Below, piece by piece: positions 62,998 through 64,000 of a DNA stretch of 64,000 nt. The stretch is from Mobula hypostoma (lineage: Eukaryota), in NCBI RefSeq assembly GCF_963921235.1, contig NC_086118.1, positions 12,030,001-12,094,000 on the forward strand, read 5' to 3'. The notes under the pieces are model-generated. The model was not told where the DNA came from and did not search any database. It was given only the letters and a program-made list of their open reading frames with translations. Made by a program: the position numbers and the translations under genes. Every line of letters begins with the position of its first letter. Position 1 is the first letter of the stretch.

Positions 62998-63360
62998 AGG
63001 GCACAGTAGCACAGTTTTTAGGCAGCAGCACAATGTCACCGTTACTAGGACATGCGACCCACAGCTCCAGAGATCCAGACACAATCCTGACTTTGGATGC
63101 TGTCTGCATGGAGTTTGCACTTTCTCCCCTTGACTGCATAGGTTTCCTCCGGATGCTCCGCTTCCCTCCCACATGCAAAGAGATACAGTTTGAAAGGTTA
63201 ATTGGCTCCTTAATTTACCTCCTCAGTGTGTAAATGAGTGGTAGAACCTGGGGGTGGAGAGGTGGAGTGAGCATGGAAAGAAAATTAAAGGGAATAGATG
63301 TAGAATTAGTGGAAATGGGAGTCTGATGGTCAACACAGTTTCAGTGGGCTGAAGGCTTTT
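62998..63360 (+). mobile_element. V-SINE (HE1-like)
   Basis: 'GGAGTTTGCACTTTCTCCCC...GGTTTCCTCCGGATGCTCCGCTTCCCTCCCACA'. Confidence 0.7.
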
Positions 63361-63789
63361 CAGCTTGGTATAACTCCAAATGTGGCTTCATCTGGCAGGT
63401 GGAGATAGAATGCATTGGTGTTCTCATTGGCCTTTCTCAACTGCCTGATGTAGTTGAGAAGTTAGGCTGAGATGATCTACCAGTACAGCTTCACCATTGG
63501 CCAGCAGAAATTCCAGGCCACCCTATCAGCTAGGTGATGGAGGACCTTTCCTCTTTAATCCACCTCATCCAACAAATTCTTAATCTTCTGAAGGCAAGAT
63601 CAATGGCACTCAGGTCGTGCAACCAAATGAAATACAAGAGGTCCTGGTAGGACCTCTCTAAATTCAAAAGTTCAAAGTAAATTTATTATCCAAGTACATA
63701 TATGTCACCATCCACAACCCTGAAATTCATTTTCTTGTGGGAATACTCTATATATTACATAATAATAACCATAACAAACCTCTTGCTTC

Positions 63790-64000
63790 AGTAGTCTGAG
63801 GTACCCACCCGTTTCAACCAGGCTACAATTATGTCAGTGCCTAAGAAGAACGTGGTAACCTACCTCAATGATTATTGTCCAGGTGCACTTACATCCACTA
63901 TGATGAAGTTTTTGAGAGGTTGTTGATGAAACATAGCAATTCCTGCCTGAGAAGTGACTTGCATCTGATTAAATTTGTTTACCAGGAAAAACGGTCCACA
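63790..64000 (+). mobile_element. Rex/Babar RT fragment running off the window end
   Basis: 'GTGCCTAAGAAG...CTCAATGATTATTGTCCAG...GCACTTACATCC' encodes VPKK...LNDY.P.ALTS-like RT motifs. Confidence 0.65.

Overview
Repeat-dense vertebrate genomic DNA. The CR1, Penelope, V-SINE and Deu-SINE mix suggests a cartilaginous fish, probably a ray; this is inferred from repeat style only. The one host gene I can support is coding exon 1 of a heparan sulfate glucosamine 3-O-sulfotransferase (HS3ST2/3/4/6 type, + strand, 51698-52218, GT donor at 52219). It lies in a CpG-rich domain of about 5 kb with CCAAT and GC boxes upstream, and its intron runs off the window end. The upstream 50 kb is nested retroelement debris: CR1 LINEs, Rex/Babar-type LINEs, an L1 3' end, a solo LTR, tRNA-derived SINEs, a Tc1 end and Penelope-like elements (PLEs). 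The most notable structure is a size series of head-to-head, fold-back PLE insertions (about 1.4 kb, 337 bp and 157 bp, plus a 24-bp stub), most flanked by target-site duplications (TSDs). The longer ones carry a minimal type I hammerhead ribozyme motif (AGTC-CTGANGA-stemII-GAAAC-GTC-GACT) on both strands. There are also signs of gene conversion between two inverted CR1 copies about 10 kb apart, and a possible recurrent insertion site in the Rex 3' UTR. Element boundaries are read by eye and approximate unless a TSD is quoted.
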